Below, in pieces: positions 9,537 to 18,644 of a DNA stretch of 27,288 bases; position 1 is the first letter of the stretch, and every line of letters starts with the position of its first letter. The translations under genes and the position numbers were made by a program. The DNA is from a virus. Taxonomy: Duplodnaviria; Caudoviricetes. Under the pieces are notes generated by a model. The model had not been told where the DNA came from and did not search any database. It was given only the letters and a program-made list of their open reading frames with translations. The stretch spans positions 1-27,288 of the IMG/VR virus record IMGVR_UViG_3300034061_000103, one strand, 5' to 3'.

Positions 9537-10121
9537 TCATTTAACTCGTTGCAATATTTCCTTTATTGCATTCATAAGTTCTTGTTCTTTAGTCGGCTTT
9601 GTCTTGTAGGTAAATAACCCCTCTACACTAAAGCCTTTAAATTTGCCCTCTTTAACATCATTCCAAACACCTTCGTTGTCTACTTTAAACGAGCCAAACC
9701 AAGACCCGTCTGGTGCATCTTCAAAACCCTTCATTGGTTGTATGCCCCTGCTTGAATCTGTTATAAAGCTTTCAAACATAGTAACCCCTTCAACCTGTTG
9801 GTCAGGAGAATGCATTAAGTTTACGTTTGATTGGTAGCCTCTTTTGAAAAACTTTTGAGCAATCTTAAATATTGTATCTTTAGAAAAGACCACATAGTAA
9901 TCGCCATAAGTAGCATCGCTGCGAAAAATAGGTACATCAGACAACATAAGAGGCCCCGAAATAATACGCTTATCTTCGCTAACCACTTCAAAGCGTTGTT
10001 GGTTTTTAAAGGCATTCCAATTCTTTTGAATAGCAGGTTTGTCTACGAGTGCCACATAATCGACCTCGGCATCGTCATTCATATCCTCGCTAATGTCTAA
10101 TAAATAAACAGGTAAGTCCAT
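9537..10121 (-). CDS. Prohead serine protease (XkdF-like)
   Basis: ALVDKPAI, NLMH and GKFKGFSVEG motifs of XkdF-type phage proteases. Confidence 0.85.
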   Translation of the reverse strand: MDLPVYLLDISEDMNDDAEVDYVALVDKPAIQKNWNAFKNQQRFEVVSEDKRIISGPLMLSDVPIFRSDATYGDYYVVFSKDTIFKIAQKFFKRGYQSNVNLMHSPDQQVEGVTMFESFITDSSRGIQPMKGFEDAPDGSWFGSFKVDNEGVWNDVKEGKFKGFSVEGLFTYKTKPTKEQELMNAIKEILQRVK

Positions 10122-10156
10122 AATCTTAAATATTAAGTGTTTTAAATTGTTATCAT

Positions 10157-12427
10157 TTAACCAAACCTTGCTCTTTGCTGAATAGCTGCAATCCTTTGTT
10201 GGTTACTCGTTACATCGCTTTCCACAACATAGCTTCTAATGGCTTGGTTACCTATCGCGTTAATAGTTTGGTTACTTAGATTTGTTGTTGCTGCTTGAGG
10301 TTGTGCAGGTGCTATTGGTGCTGCTGCCGAAACATTTGGAACAGTCATATTACCTGCACTTGCACCGCCTGAGGCTCCAGGTGTTTTAACTGCTAATATA
10401 TTTTTAACCGCACCAAAACCTGTCATAGCTGCCATAGCTACTGCTGGGATTGCTAAAGGAAATCCTAATTTAACACCTGCTGCAATACCTTGATAAGTAT
10501 TAATTAAAGCACCTGCAACCGCTAATGTTTTACCTGCTGCCGTTTCTTTACCTGCAATATCTGCTGCTTGTGTTAAAGCTTGTCCAACCATTTGAATAAG
10601 CTGCATTTTTGCATCCGCTTCTTTTTTGTCTATTTCAGTTCTGGCTTTTGCATTAGCTTCAACTCCTGCAGTATATTGTTCTTCTGTTATTAATTTTTTA
10701 TTAAATGCATCTTTTAATAAAATATCTTTTTGGTCTAATAAGTCCTTTTCTATTTGTAAATCAGTTTCATTTTTAGCTAATCTTGCATCTAAGTCAGCTA
10801 ATTCCTTTTCAGCTAATCTTTTATCTTCTGTTAATTGTAAATCATCAAGTGCTTGTTTTTCTTTAGTTGCTAATGCTATTTTTAAACTGCTTTTTTGTTC
10901 AGCAGTTAAATTTTCATTGGCTTCTATATCTTGTCTTTGTTGCTCATAACTTGCAAGTAATTCTGTTCTTGCCTTTTCGTTTTCGTCTGCAATACCAGCT
11001 AACTTTGTTTCAAGAATAATTTTATTTAATTCTTTTTGAAATGCAGCTTCTTTGTCTTTTGCCTCTTTATCGTTTTTCTCTTTTAATTCTTTTGCTTCAT
11101 TAGCATATTTATCTATTATTGCTTGTCTTTCCTTTTGTTCTGCTGCTGCTAAATCACCATTGTCCTTTACACCTGCTAATTCTAATTTCTTTTTCTTTTC
11201 AGCATAATCTTCTGTTACTTTTAATAACTCTTGCTCTTGTTCTGTTTTTAGTTTTTTATTAGCTTCTGCTAAAATTTGTTGTGCTTCTTTTTCTTTTGCC
11301 TCTTTGTCTTTTCTTAACTTTTCAGCTTCTGAAGCTCCTTGTTTATCTAAATTTCTTAAAGCTATTATAGAAGTTGCCTTTTGTTCGTTAAACTTATTTA
11401 GTACTTTTTCAGCTTCTGCAATTGCCTTATCGCCTTCTTTTGCAGTTTCCGCAGGGTCAAAGACATAATTCGCCATCATTTGATTTGCCTTTTGTTGCGA
11501 AGCTACTAACCCAAAATCTTTGCCTAATGCTTTACCTATACTATCAACCGCACCTAATATATATTTAATAGGAGTACTTATAAAATTAATAACCCCTAAT
11601 AATATTTCTCTATTTCTTCTTGATGCCTGTATTTGCATCTCTTTAGTAGCCTTAGCATTAGCTACTCCTACTTCCGCAGCTTTTATAGCTTCTTTAGTTT
11701 CAGCAATTTTTAAATTTAAAATCTCCCTTTCGCTTTTGCCTTGTAATCTAAGTTGGTTTGTTTGCGAATCTAATGTGTCTAATTTTTCTTCAGCTTTTTC
11801 TATATTTTCTTGAGCTAACTTATTTAATTCTTCTTGTTCACTACTTACACCGCCTACCAATTCTTTAATGTCGTCCCAATAAGCAACAATCGAACCAAGT
11901 GCAATAACTAAAAGACCGATACCAGTTGAAGCAAGACCTGCTTTAATAGATTTAAAAGCATTAGCTGCTCCTTTTTTTATTGAATCAAAAGCACCCGATG
12001 CAATAGTACCAAATCTTTTAAAATCTTTTGCAGCATCTGTAATAGTAGATAGTCCCTGCGATAACGCTAAAGCAGATTGTACTTTCAATAAAGTTTTTTC
12101 TACTGACTCACTTTCCACACCTAATAAACCAAGCGCACCTTGTACGGCAGTAAAACCACCAGCAGCAGCATTTGCTACTCCAGCAAGTGCTTGAAACTTT
12201 TTACCTGGGTCAAACAAGTCAGCCGTTTCCCTTGCTTCACTAATCTGGTCTCTTAAACCAGCTACTTTTTTAGCTGCTTCAATAGCTTGTTTTGAGTAAT
12301 CGCCAAAATTAGCTTGTGCGTTTATTAATTCTGCATTCGCTTCCTTTAATGCTTTTTTAACGTTACCTATTGATTCAACTGCGTTGCCTTGTACGTTAAT
12401 ATTTATACCTACGTTCTCTTGTGCCAT
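10157..12427 (-). CDS. Tail tape measure protein
   Basis: 756 aa, Ala/Gly-rich hydrophobic segments (STGIGLLVIALGSIVAYWDDIK), long E/K/A coiled coil, C-terminal IRSYVVESDVTSNQ motif. Confidence 0.8.
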   Translation of the reverse strand: MAQENVGININVQGNAVESIGNVKKALKEANAELINAQANFGDYSKQAIEAAKKVAGLRDQISEARETADLFDPGKKFQALAGVANAAAGGFTAVQGALGLLGVESESVEKTLLKVQSALALSQGLSTITDAAKDFKRFGTIASGAFDSIKKGAANAFKSIKAGLASTGIGLLVIALGSIVAYWDDIKELVGGVSSEQEELNKLAQENIEKAEEKLDTLDSQTNQLRLQGKSEREILNLKIAETKEAIKAAEVGVANAKATKEMQIQASRRNREILLGVINFISTPIKYILGAVDSIGKALGKDFGLVASQQKANQMMANYVFDPAETAKEGDKAIAEAEKVLNKFNEQKATSIIALRNLDKQGASEAEKLRKDKEAKEKEAQQILAEANKKLKTEQEQELLKVTEDYAEKKKKLELAGVKDNGDLAAAEQKERQAIIDKYANEAKELKEKNDKEAKDKEAAFQKELNKIILETKLAGIADENEKARTELLASYEQQRQDIEANENLTAEQKSSLKIALATKEKQALDDLQLTEDKRLAEKELADLDARLAKNETDLQIEKDLLDQKDILLKDAFNKKLITEEQYTAGVEANAKARTEIDKKEADAKMQLIQMVGQALTQAADIAGKETAAGKTLAVAGALINTYQGIAAGVKLGFPLAIPAVAMAAMTGFGAVKNILAVKTPGASGGASAGNMTVPNVSAAAPIAPAQPQAATTNLSNQTINAIGNQAIRSYVVESDVTSNQQRIAAIQQRARFG

Positions 12428-12433
12428 TATTCT

Positions 12434-14491
12434 TTAATTATATGATGTATCTATTACCTTTAAAAAGGATAACTTAGTTGTGTTGTATTCCATTGGGTTA
12501 AAGTTTTCAACTTTATTAAGCCTAAACAATACCCCGTCTATCCAGATGTACTTACTAAAATCTAAATTGAAAATGTCTACTATATCAAGTAAACCAAAGC
12601 AAGTTAATAGCTTACTATCTTTGCTTGTTATCTCAGCAAGGTAAGGACTATGAAATGCGTTGAATACATTAGTAGTCGGATAGCTATTAGGTCTAAATTG
12701 TATCTCTTTAGGTGCGCCAAAGTTTATGTCATTAGTAGGGTTAATTGGGTCGTCTAAATGCCCTGCATAACCATAGCTTGTATAAGTAGCTAAGTTCGTA
12801 GTTGTGTTCATAATGTTCCAACTACCTACGCCCGTTATCTTCTTTGTTTGCATAATTCTTATAATGCTATCCATTCTATCCTCGGCACTATTAGTATTTG
12901 ACTTCTTATAAATTGCAGGGAATACTTTGTCTTGACCTGTTGCTTGGTATAAAGTAGATGCAGCAAATATAACTTCTAAAACATCTGTTTCTTTTACAAA
13001 GTCAAATTCAGTATCGTAAATAAAATCGCCATACCCTTCAGTGTACTTCTTGCGATAGTTTTCCCCGTAGAAGTCATTATCTGTTTTAAACTTGTAGTTA
13101 TAGTAACGAGCATTAATCTCACTCATTGGCTTAATACTTAATGGTTTTGCCCTGTCTATTTTGTTAGTCCAATCTTCTGCCGTAGCTGAAGTAGTAGGAT
13201 AAAAATCCACATACGGACTAATAACAAGTTCCTTGTCGTTAAATTTATTCTCATAAACATAAAGGTTAAACATTTTAACAATGCTCATAAAGAAATCTCT
13301 TTGGAATATACCTTTAGGAATAGTATCGTTTATTGTTATTGTTTCGCCTAAGTTAATTTGTACTTGCGTAGGTGTGCTTGTAGTAAGTTTAACCTCGCCC
13401 ATAATTACGCCTATGATAATTCCGTTACCTAAAACCTCAACCTGCATTGTATCGTTAGTAGCAAAATTTACACCGCTAATTGTAAAGTTGCAATCCATAA
13501 AGGTATTAACACTTGCATCAAAGTTTTGTCTGCCTATTTCATTACCATTCTTTTTTAATATTACAGAATAGTTAGGCAAACTTGGATTGAAAAAAGTAAC
13601 ATCTCCACGAAGCGTTAATTCTACATTTGTTGTAATTGTAGGCGTACCCGTATAAGTAAAAACTTGCCCTAATCCGTCAAGCGTAAAACTACCTGCTGCA
13701 ACCATTGTAAATTCAGCATAAGGACTTAGATTAGTGTTAATAGTCATTACTTTAGCTGCTGCGTTTAAACTTGTATTGTTTAAAGCCGTAATAGTCGTTT
13801 GGTTATGCGGTATAATTAGCCTATTAAATAAAGCACTATTAAAGAACGGGCAACTAAAGGTATAATCTGTACCTGCAAATATTTTTTGTATATACTCCTT
13901 AACATATAAAGCAGGTCTAAAAGTTGTGTATTGGAAGTCCTTTTTAGCCGTTCCGTATGTTCCCGTACTTACGTTTCCGTAATCAATTAAAGGGTAATAG
14001 TAACCAGAACCACCTGCATTATCCCAACTCGCACTAATATTAGCTACACTATAAGTATGATTGTAAGCACTAAAATCTAAATCTTCTAAACGCTTATTTC
14101 CTAATTGGTTAATAAACCCACCAAGTTCCCCAAACACGCTGCACTGGTATTCAATAGTTTCTTTGTCTATTACTATCTCTAATATTCTTAAAGTGCCTTT
14201 GAATATCTGCACCTTATCAATAAATATTTTACAGTTAGCTTGTTTAGTTACGTTAAAGTTATAACCTACGTTTGGTAAGGTATTATCTGTAAAATTAGCA
14301 TTGTTAAGTTCAAAGATGTAACCAAATACCAAGTTATTAGTTGCCGTTCCTGGTATGCTTATTGTCTTACTAAAAGAAGTATTGCGACTACCGAACTCAC
14401 TCACATCGTCAATGGCATAAGTAAACTCGGTAGATATATCCTGCAATAAATCAATCTTCCTTTCCTCGATGTATATCTCAGTACTAATCAT
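12434..14491 (-). CDS. Tail tip / hub structural protein
   Basis: 685 aa adjacent to the tape measure; SRNTSFSKTISIPGT..NN and YYYPLIDYG motifs seen in Bacteroidota phage tail proteins. Confidence 0.65.
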   Translation of the reverse strand: MISTEIYIEERKIDLLQDISTEFTYAIDDVSEFGSRNTSFSKTISIPGTATNNLVFGYIFELNNANFTDNTLPNVGYNFNVTKQANCKIFIDKVQIFKGTLRILEIVIDKETIEYQCSVFGELGGFINQLGNKRLEDLDFSAYNHTYSVANISASWDNAGGSGYYYPLIDYGNVSTGTYGTAKKDFQYTTFRPALYVKEYIQKIFAGTDYTFSCPFFNSALFNRLIIPHNQTTITALNNTSLNAAAKVMTINTNLSPYAEFTMVAAGSFTLDGLGQVFTYTGTPTITTNVELTLRGDVTFFNPSLPNYSVILKKNGNEIGRQNFDASVNTFMDCNFTISGVNFATNDTMQVEVLGNGIIIGVIMGEVKLTTSTPTQVQINLGETITINDTIPKGIFQRDFFMSIVKMFNLYVYENKFNDKELVISPYVDFYPTTSATAEDWTNKIDRAKPLSIKPMSEINARYYNYKFKTDNDFYGENYRKKYTEGYGDFIYDTEFDFVKETDVLEVIFAASTLYQATGQDKVFPAIYKKSNTNSAEDRMDSIIRIMQTKKITGVGSWNIMNTTTNLATYTSYGYAGHLDDPINPTNDINFGAPKEIQFRPNSYPTTNVFNAFHSPYLAEITSKDSKLLTCFGLLDIVDIFNLDFSKYIWIDGVLFRLNKVENFNPMEYNTTKLSFLKVIDTSYN

Positions 14492-15705
14492 TATCTAAAT
14501 TGGCTTGTTAAGTATTTACCTACTTCAACCTCTATTTCAAAGTTAAATAATTTGTCTGCACTTTCTAACTTGTAGTCGTAATTAGTTGTGGTTATGGTAA
14601 CAGGGAAATAAGCACCAAGTACTTCCATATAAACAATAGGACTTGATACAAGTTGAGCCAACCACGAATAATCTTGTTCGCTAACCCAATCGCTAATAAG
14701 CTTATATTTATCCTTATGCTGAATAGCATAGTTAAAAGTCGTTTCGTTATATCTGTTATATCCATCTATGTTTGTCATTTGTCCACCTACAAGTTGCCAG
14801 TCGCTTCGCCTGTATGATGCCCTTTGATATTCGCTTGACCTTCTATTAACTAAGGCGAACTTCTTTGTATCCCAACCGCCAAGCCTATTTAAAAACTCTA
14901 AGTTAAATTGTTGGTATTTAGGGTAGCACTTATGTCTTAATTTAATTACCCTTGTTTGTGCGCCACCTCTTTTTAAATAGAAGTTGTAGCCGTATGTATT
15001 CTCATCTATAATCGTGCCAGATGCCCAATCGTTAATATGCCCTGCTTGTAGGTTAAACATATTGAATTGACCACCTAAAGTAATGTTGCCCGATACTGTA
15101 TTAGTAACCACGTCTCCGTCTGCTAATACTTCAACCCAAGCTGAGTAACCGCCCGTTGCTATGCGTAGGAATGTAATGTAAAAGTTATCGCCGTATTCAA
15201 GCGTTATGTTATCCGTATCACGCTCGGTTAAAAAATCGTCCGTAAAGTTTTCCAATAGTAAATTATCGTAATAGTCCGATAACACTAAAGGTGTTTGGTT
15301 CTTTGTTAAAAAGACATCGGCAAACAATGGCGGCACAAAGTTGTAAGCTGAGTAACTTCCAGATGCTAAATTGGTAGTAGTAACACCGCTAACTTCCTCG
15401 CCTATCCTTACATCGTAATCTACTTTAATCTTATCATTTGAAGCTACAAGTATTGAGTTTCCTGAAGGCTCGAAATAGTTGGTTACAAAACTTCTTACCA
15501 TTGGAGATGCGTTAAACACACCATAGCTACCTTCTGCACTTGGCGCAGGGAATACTTTTGACCTAATAACCTGGCTTCCGTTTATGTATACATCATAAAC
15601 AAATTTAAAGTTTGTAGTTCCGCTATTGGTAGAACTTGACACGAACCACAGATTATCGTGCATAGACGAATAGGGTGCAGGACTACTTGTTATTGTTATT
15701 GCCAT
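14491..15705 (-). CDS. Tail structural protein (possibly distal-tail-like)
   Basis: 404 aa, beta-rich, C-terminal FLNRLGGWD...L.SDWV.E...WLAQLVSSP.VY motif; located in the tail module. Confidence 0.6.
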   Translation of the reverse strand: MAITITSSPAPYSSMHDNLWFVSSSTNSGTTNFKFVYDVYINGSQVIRSKVFPAPSAEGSYGVFNASPMVRSFVTNYFEPSGNSILVASNDKIKVDYDVRIGEEVSGVTTTNLASGSYSAYNFVPPLFADVFLTKNQTPLVLSDYYDNLLLENFTDDFLTERDTDNITLEYGDNFYITFLRIATGGYSAWVEVLADGDVVTNTVSGNITLGGQFNMFNLQAGHINDWASGTIIDENTYGYNFYLKRGGAQTRVIKLRHKCYPKYQQFNLEFLNRLGGWDTKKFALVNRRSSEYQRASYRRSDWQLVGGQMTNIDGYNRYNETTFNYAIQHKDKYKLISDWVSEQDYSWLAQLVSSPIVYMEVLGAYFPVTITTTNYDYKLESADKLFNFEIEVEVGKYLTSQFR

Positions 15706-16357
15706 TCTCGTTAATTGTTTGTCTTATTTGAATTACTGCATCGCCACCTATTGCGACTGCTATGCTTTCAATAAATTCTTTATTAAATATTTGTGCTACT
15801 GCTTTGTCGAAGTATTTAGTAGACCTTAAACCTTTAGTATGTATGCTTCTCGCTATCGCCCAAGCCAAAGATTTTTTGCCTTGTATTGCTTTGCTTTCCG
15901 CTCCAAGTTTTGTATACTTTTTAACCGATACCGATTTTAGCTTATTGTAACTAAGCCATTTTTCTATTGAACTTACAGGAACGGCTTTTTTACCTGACTT
16001 AAAAGCATAAGGACTATTGCTATCCGCCTTCAAGTTATTTGTACCTTTAACCCCTTTATTTACAAAGTCGTAGTATTTAGATGCTTCGCTTCCTTGTTGA
16101 TAACCAACACTTAGAATATATCCAGTGCCAAACTTTGTAATGATTGGCAAAGCAGGTTCTGCCAACTTACCAGAACTTGTAATATTTTCCTTGTCAAGTA
16201 TTTCGGTAATTTTATCGTTAAAGGCTTGACCATACTTAGCAAGTGTCTGCTCTAATATAGGTAGTTCCCCTTCTTTAACCTTGCCAAAGCCTGTATCGCC
16301 TATGCCTTGTAAAAAGCTATCCCTTAATGCTTGTATTTGTGCTTTAGATATACTCAC
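15683..16357 (-). CDS. Putative neck / tail completion protein
   Basis: 224 aa, basic; SSGKL, YYDFVNKGVKG and AIARSIHTKGLRST.YF motifs resemble HK97 gp10-like completion proteins; GTG start. Confidence 0.55.
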   Translation of the reverse strand: MSISKAQIQALRDSFLQGIGDTGFGKVKEGELPILEQTLAKYGQAFNDKITEILDKENITSSGKLAEPALPIITKFGTGYILSVGYQQGSEASKYYDFVNKGVKGTNNLKADSNSPYAFKSGKKAVPVSSIEKWLSYNKLKSVSVKKYTKLGAESKAIQGKKSLAWAIARSIHTKGLRSTKYFDKAVAQIFNKEFIESIAVAIGGDAVIQIRQTINENGNNNNK

Positions 16358-16380
16358 GCTAATAAATATAAGGAAGGTCT

Positions 16381-16413
16381 AAAAATAACTAACCCCACCA
16401 AAATTGGCAGGGT
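16381..16413 (-). terminator. Possible terminator hairpin after the chaperone ORFs
   Basis: Minus strand CCCTGCCA-ATTT-TGGTGGGG stem with G-U pairs and an interrupted T tail (TTAGTTATTTTT). Confidence 0.5.
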
Positions 16414-16418
16414 ATGTC

Positions 16419-16691
16419 TTATTTAAGTTTTCTGTATTGTTCTTTATCGTAATCGGCTTTAGCCTTTAGGTAAGATAGCGTATTTAAGAAGTGTATTGTT
16501 CTTAGTTCATAGCTTTCGTCAACTGAGATATTTTCGTGGTCGGCAACAGATTTGGCGCAATATTGCCATCCAAAATCTCGCATAAAGTTTGAACCCCCTT
16601 TAGTGCCAACTCCGAAGTCATCCCCTGGTTCATCATCTCCTTGACCAAATAATCCTTGGAAACTTCTATCCAATTTCTGTATACTTGATAA
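16419..16691 (-). CDS. -1 frame extension of the tail assembly chaperone (gpT-like part of a G-T fusion)
   Basis: Frame is -1 relative to 16502..17176 and open from the T9 run (16690-16698): ...FF-LSSIQKLDRSFQGLF...FGWQY...HFLNTLSYLKAK; only a TTG as an independent start near the 5' end. Confidence 0.7.
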   Translation of the reverse strand, partial: LSSIQKLDRSFQGLFGQGDDEPGDDFGVGTKGGSNFMRDFGWQYCAKSVADHENISVDESYELRTIHFLNTLSYLKAKADYDKEQYRKLK

Positions 16692-17176
16692 AAAAAAACA
16701 ACCGATTGATAAACGTGCATAAACTTTGCCCCTTGTAAATCGTCTGCATATTCGCTATGCTTAGAGGCATCATACTTGTCGTCTACCCATCTGCCATACC
16801 AATTTTTGCGCTGAGGCACAACCATTGAAGCGGATAGCTTATGAAGGTTACCTACTAAATCCGTGCTAAATACTTTAGTTTCAATGTATCTCGCTGCTTT
16901 GATTTGCTGCACATCATAAACAAAGCGGTATCGTTTGCCATTTACTTCGGTGTACTTAACAGGCTTACCTTCAATCTTATCGTCTAAAAAGTTAAGGGTT
17001 GCCTTTAGGTTATTAAACTGACCTACGCTTAAGCTATCGACCTGAGTGTCGGTAAGATTATAGATAATACCAACAAGCTTACTTTCAACGTCTAAGTTAG
17101 TCCAATCCTTTTCAGGCTTAGTTACTATGGGATAAATCTGTTGGTACTGCCATACTGTTAAATCATTCCAAGTCAT
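16502..17176 (-). CDS. Putative tail assembly chaperone (gpG-like)
   Basis: 224 aa; contains GTT TTT TTT TAT slippery run leading into an overlapping -1 ORF; located at the start of the tail module. Confidence 0.65.
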   Translation of the reverse strand: MTWNDLTVWQYQQIYPIVTKPEKDWTNLDVESKLVGIIYNLTDTQVDSLSVGQFNNLKATLNFLDDKIEGKPVKYTEVNGKRYRFVYDVQQIKAARYIETKVFSTDLVGNLHKLSASMVVPQRKNWYGRWVDDKYDASKHSEYADDLQGAKFMHVYQSVVFFYQVYRNWIEVSKDYLVKEMMNQGMTSELALKGVQTLCEILDGNIAPNLLPTTKISQLTKAMN

Positions 17177-17396
17177 ATTCTTGTATTTTTTTTATTTCTT
17201 CTGCAACCTCTATCCAATATTGCACATCGATACACTCAATATTTACTATCTCCTCTACTGCTATTAATGCAAATTCTTGTGCTTCTTCTAATGTATAATC
17301 ATCTAACCAATCTTCCATATCTAGACCATCAATTATCCACCAATCAATTTCTAAATATTTTTTAACTAAATTTAATGCTTTTTGTTTAGGTGTCAT
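17163..17396 (-). CDS. Hypothetical acidic protein (MTPKQKA...ALIAVEEI...YW.EV..EI family)
   Basis: 77-aa ORF; terminal motifs recalled from small Bacteroidota phage proteins; ATGA-coupled to the upstream ORF. Confidence 0.7.
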   Translation of the reverse strand: MTPKQKALNLVKKYLEIDWWIIDGLDMEDWLDDYTLEEAQEFALIAVEEIVNIECIDVQYWIEVAEEIKKIQEYDLE

Positions 17397-17509
17397 TTGT
17401 TTTCTTTTTTATCTTGTTCTAACATCTTGTTGCTTTGGTCTATTAACCTTACCCATACTATTGCTATTAAGGTTGCGAATAGTACTGAGCAAATAATTCC
17501 TACTATCAT
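17393..17509 (-). CDS. Small single-TM protein (MIVGIICSVLFATLIAIVWVRLIDQSNKMLEQDKKENK)
   Basis: 38 aa read manually; ATGA overlaps at both ends; hydrophobic N-terminus and charged tail. Confidence 0.65.
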   Translation of the reverse strand: MIVGIICSVLFATLIAIVWVRLIDQSNKMLEQDKKENK

Positions 17510-17586
17510 TTCGTTTGGTTATACATATCCCGTATTTCTATTACGGCTAAAAGTACTACAATAATTGCGACAGGTAGTAAAATCAT
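17506..17586 (-). CDS. Small single-TM peptide (MILLPVAIIVVLLAVIEIRDMYNQTK)
   Basis: 26 aa read manually; ATGA overlaps at both ends. Confidence 0.6.
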   Translation of the reverse strand: MILLPVAIIVVLLAVIEIRDMYNQTK

Positions 17587-17684
17587 TTTTTTAATTTTAG
17601 CATTAACTCATAAGCAAGATGCCCACCAATGTAAGCTATCGATGCCAAAGGTAAGCAAATTACAAAGAAGTACAATATTTTAAT
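17583..17684 (-). CDS. Small hydrophobic peptide, start uncertain (IKILYFFVICLPLASIAYIGGHLAYELMLKLKK)
   Basis: Open frame filling the gap and ending in an ATGA overlap; no ATG near the 5' end (ATT at 17684 or TTG at 17675 are possible starts). Confidence 0.4.
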   Translation of the reverse strand: MKILYFFVICLPLASIAYIGGHLAYELMLKLKK

Positions 17685-18148
17685 TACTTTAATGATACGG
17701 CTACTGAGGTTGTGCTACTCTTGGCAGGTGGGTAAACCCTTGTTACCTCGCCAGTAACTCCGTTAATAATATCAAGTCCAGAATGTGGCACCTTCTTTAA
17801 GAAATCTTCCATATCCTTTTTGGCTTTAGCTGCGCTATTGTACTCGTTCATAATTTCCTCGTAAGCAGAACTTTCACATTTGCTAAAGTCATACTTAACC
17901 CCTACTTCTCTAATGTTAAACTTTGCGCTCATATACTCAAAGTCCTTACCATTAAGAACGGCTGCTTGTAATACTGCATCTTTATAGTCCTTGTTTGCCT
18001 TTAGTGTTTCGAGCATATCCTCTAAGGCTTTAACCTGAAGATGTGTTTTTAACGGGTCAAGTTCCCCTGCGTTTAATCGTTCAATTAATTGGTGGGTAAA
18101 CTCTATGCGTTGTTCTTTTGTTGTTTCGAAGATTTGTTGTAGTTCCAT
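17684..18148 (-). CDS. Conserved hypothetical phage protein; likely start MELQQIFETTK
   Basis: ATG at 18148 lies 1 nt after the upstream stop; the ORF-track start at 18184 overlaps the previous gene. Confidence 0.7.
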   Translation of the reverse strand: MELQQIFETTKEQRIEFTHQLIERLNAGELDPLKTHLQVKALEDMLETLKANKDYKDAVLQAAVLNGKDFEYMSAKFNIREVGVKYDFSKCESSAYEEIMNEYNSAAKAKKDMEDFLKKVPHSGLDIINGVTGEVTRVYPPAKSSTTSVAVSLK

Positions 18149-18149
18149 T

Positions 18150-18362
18150 TTATATTGTTTCGGGTTTGTAATTATCAATGTCAAAAAAGCCGATTTCTGA
18201 CTTATGTTCTGGTCTTCTCATTCTACGCTTAGAAGGTTCGTAACCCTTCTCGTTGCAGTAAGTAAGTATTTCCAAATAGGTAGCATCTATGTTAGACATC
18301 ATTATACTAATCGGCTCACTTGCGTAATATTTGTCTATGTATTCTTTTGCGCTTTGTGTCAT
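18150..18362 (-). CDS. Hypothetical protein (70 aa, possible small HTH-like)
   Basis: ORF preceded by an AAACACA-ATG leader like the one at 18524. Confidence 0.6.
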   Translation of the reverse strand: MTQSAKEYIDKYYASEPISIMMSNIDATYLEILTYCNEKGYEPSKRRMRRPEHKSEIGFFDIDNYKPETI

Positions 18363-18441
18363 TGTGTTTAATTAAATAGTCAGTTAAAGCTGCCATTACA
18401 AAACCTGTTGCAATTAGCAGAAGGCAAATAGCGTAAATCAT
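18316..18441 (-). CDS. Small single-TM protein with basic tail (MIYAICLLLIATGFVMAALTDYLIKHNDTKRKRIHRQILRK)
   Basis: ATG at 18441 in an ATGA overlap with the upstream 28-aa ORF; 3' part of ORF-track entry 18316..18576. Confidence 0.55.
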   Translation of the reverse strand: MIYAICLLLIATGFVMAALTDYLIKHNDTKRKRIHRQILRK

Positions 18442-18524
18442 TTTGAGTAGATGTCTTGTAATTGTCCAATAAGGTAACAAGCTACTAAAAATACTACTAA
18501 AAGTTGTGCGGTTTCTTTTTTCAT
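18438..18524 (-). CDS. Small hydrophobic peptide (MKKETAQLLVVFLVACYLIGQLQDIYSK)
   Basis: 28 aa read manually; first ATG after the promoter, with leader AACCACAAACACAAACACA. Confidence 0.6.
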   Translation of the reverse strand: MKKETAQLLVVFLVACYLIGQLQDIYSK

Positions 18525-18554
18525 TGTGTTTGTGTTTGTGGTTAATTGATATAT

Positions 18555-18588
18555 CAAATATACAACCTTTACACATTCAACAATCAAA
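18555..18588 (-). promoter_or_regulatory. Bacteroidota primary-sigma-type promoter (-33 TTTG / -7 TAnnTTTG)
   Basis: Minus strand TTTG-N22-TATATTTG in intergenic DNA 30 nt upstream of ATG 18524; spacer slightly longer than the usual 19-21. Confidence 0.55.
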
Positions 18589-18614
18589 TGGGCAAACTTT
18601 TTTTTAAAAATTGT

Positions 18615-18644
18615 GATGAGCGGTAAATATTAAGGATAAGCGGT
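18615..18644. repeat. Imperfect 10-bp direct repeat GATRAGCGGT, period 20 bp
   Basis: gatgagcggt at 18615-18624 and gataagcggt at 18635-18644. Confidence 0.6.

Noticed and set aside
18442-18576. 5' half of ORF 18316..18576
   Set aside because: It spans the promoter and leader and overlaps a better 28-aa ORF; the ATG at 18441 in an ATGA overlap is preferred.
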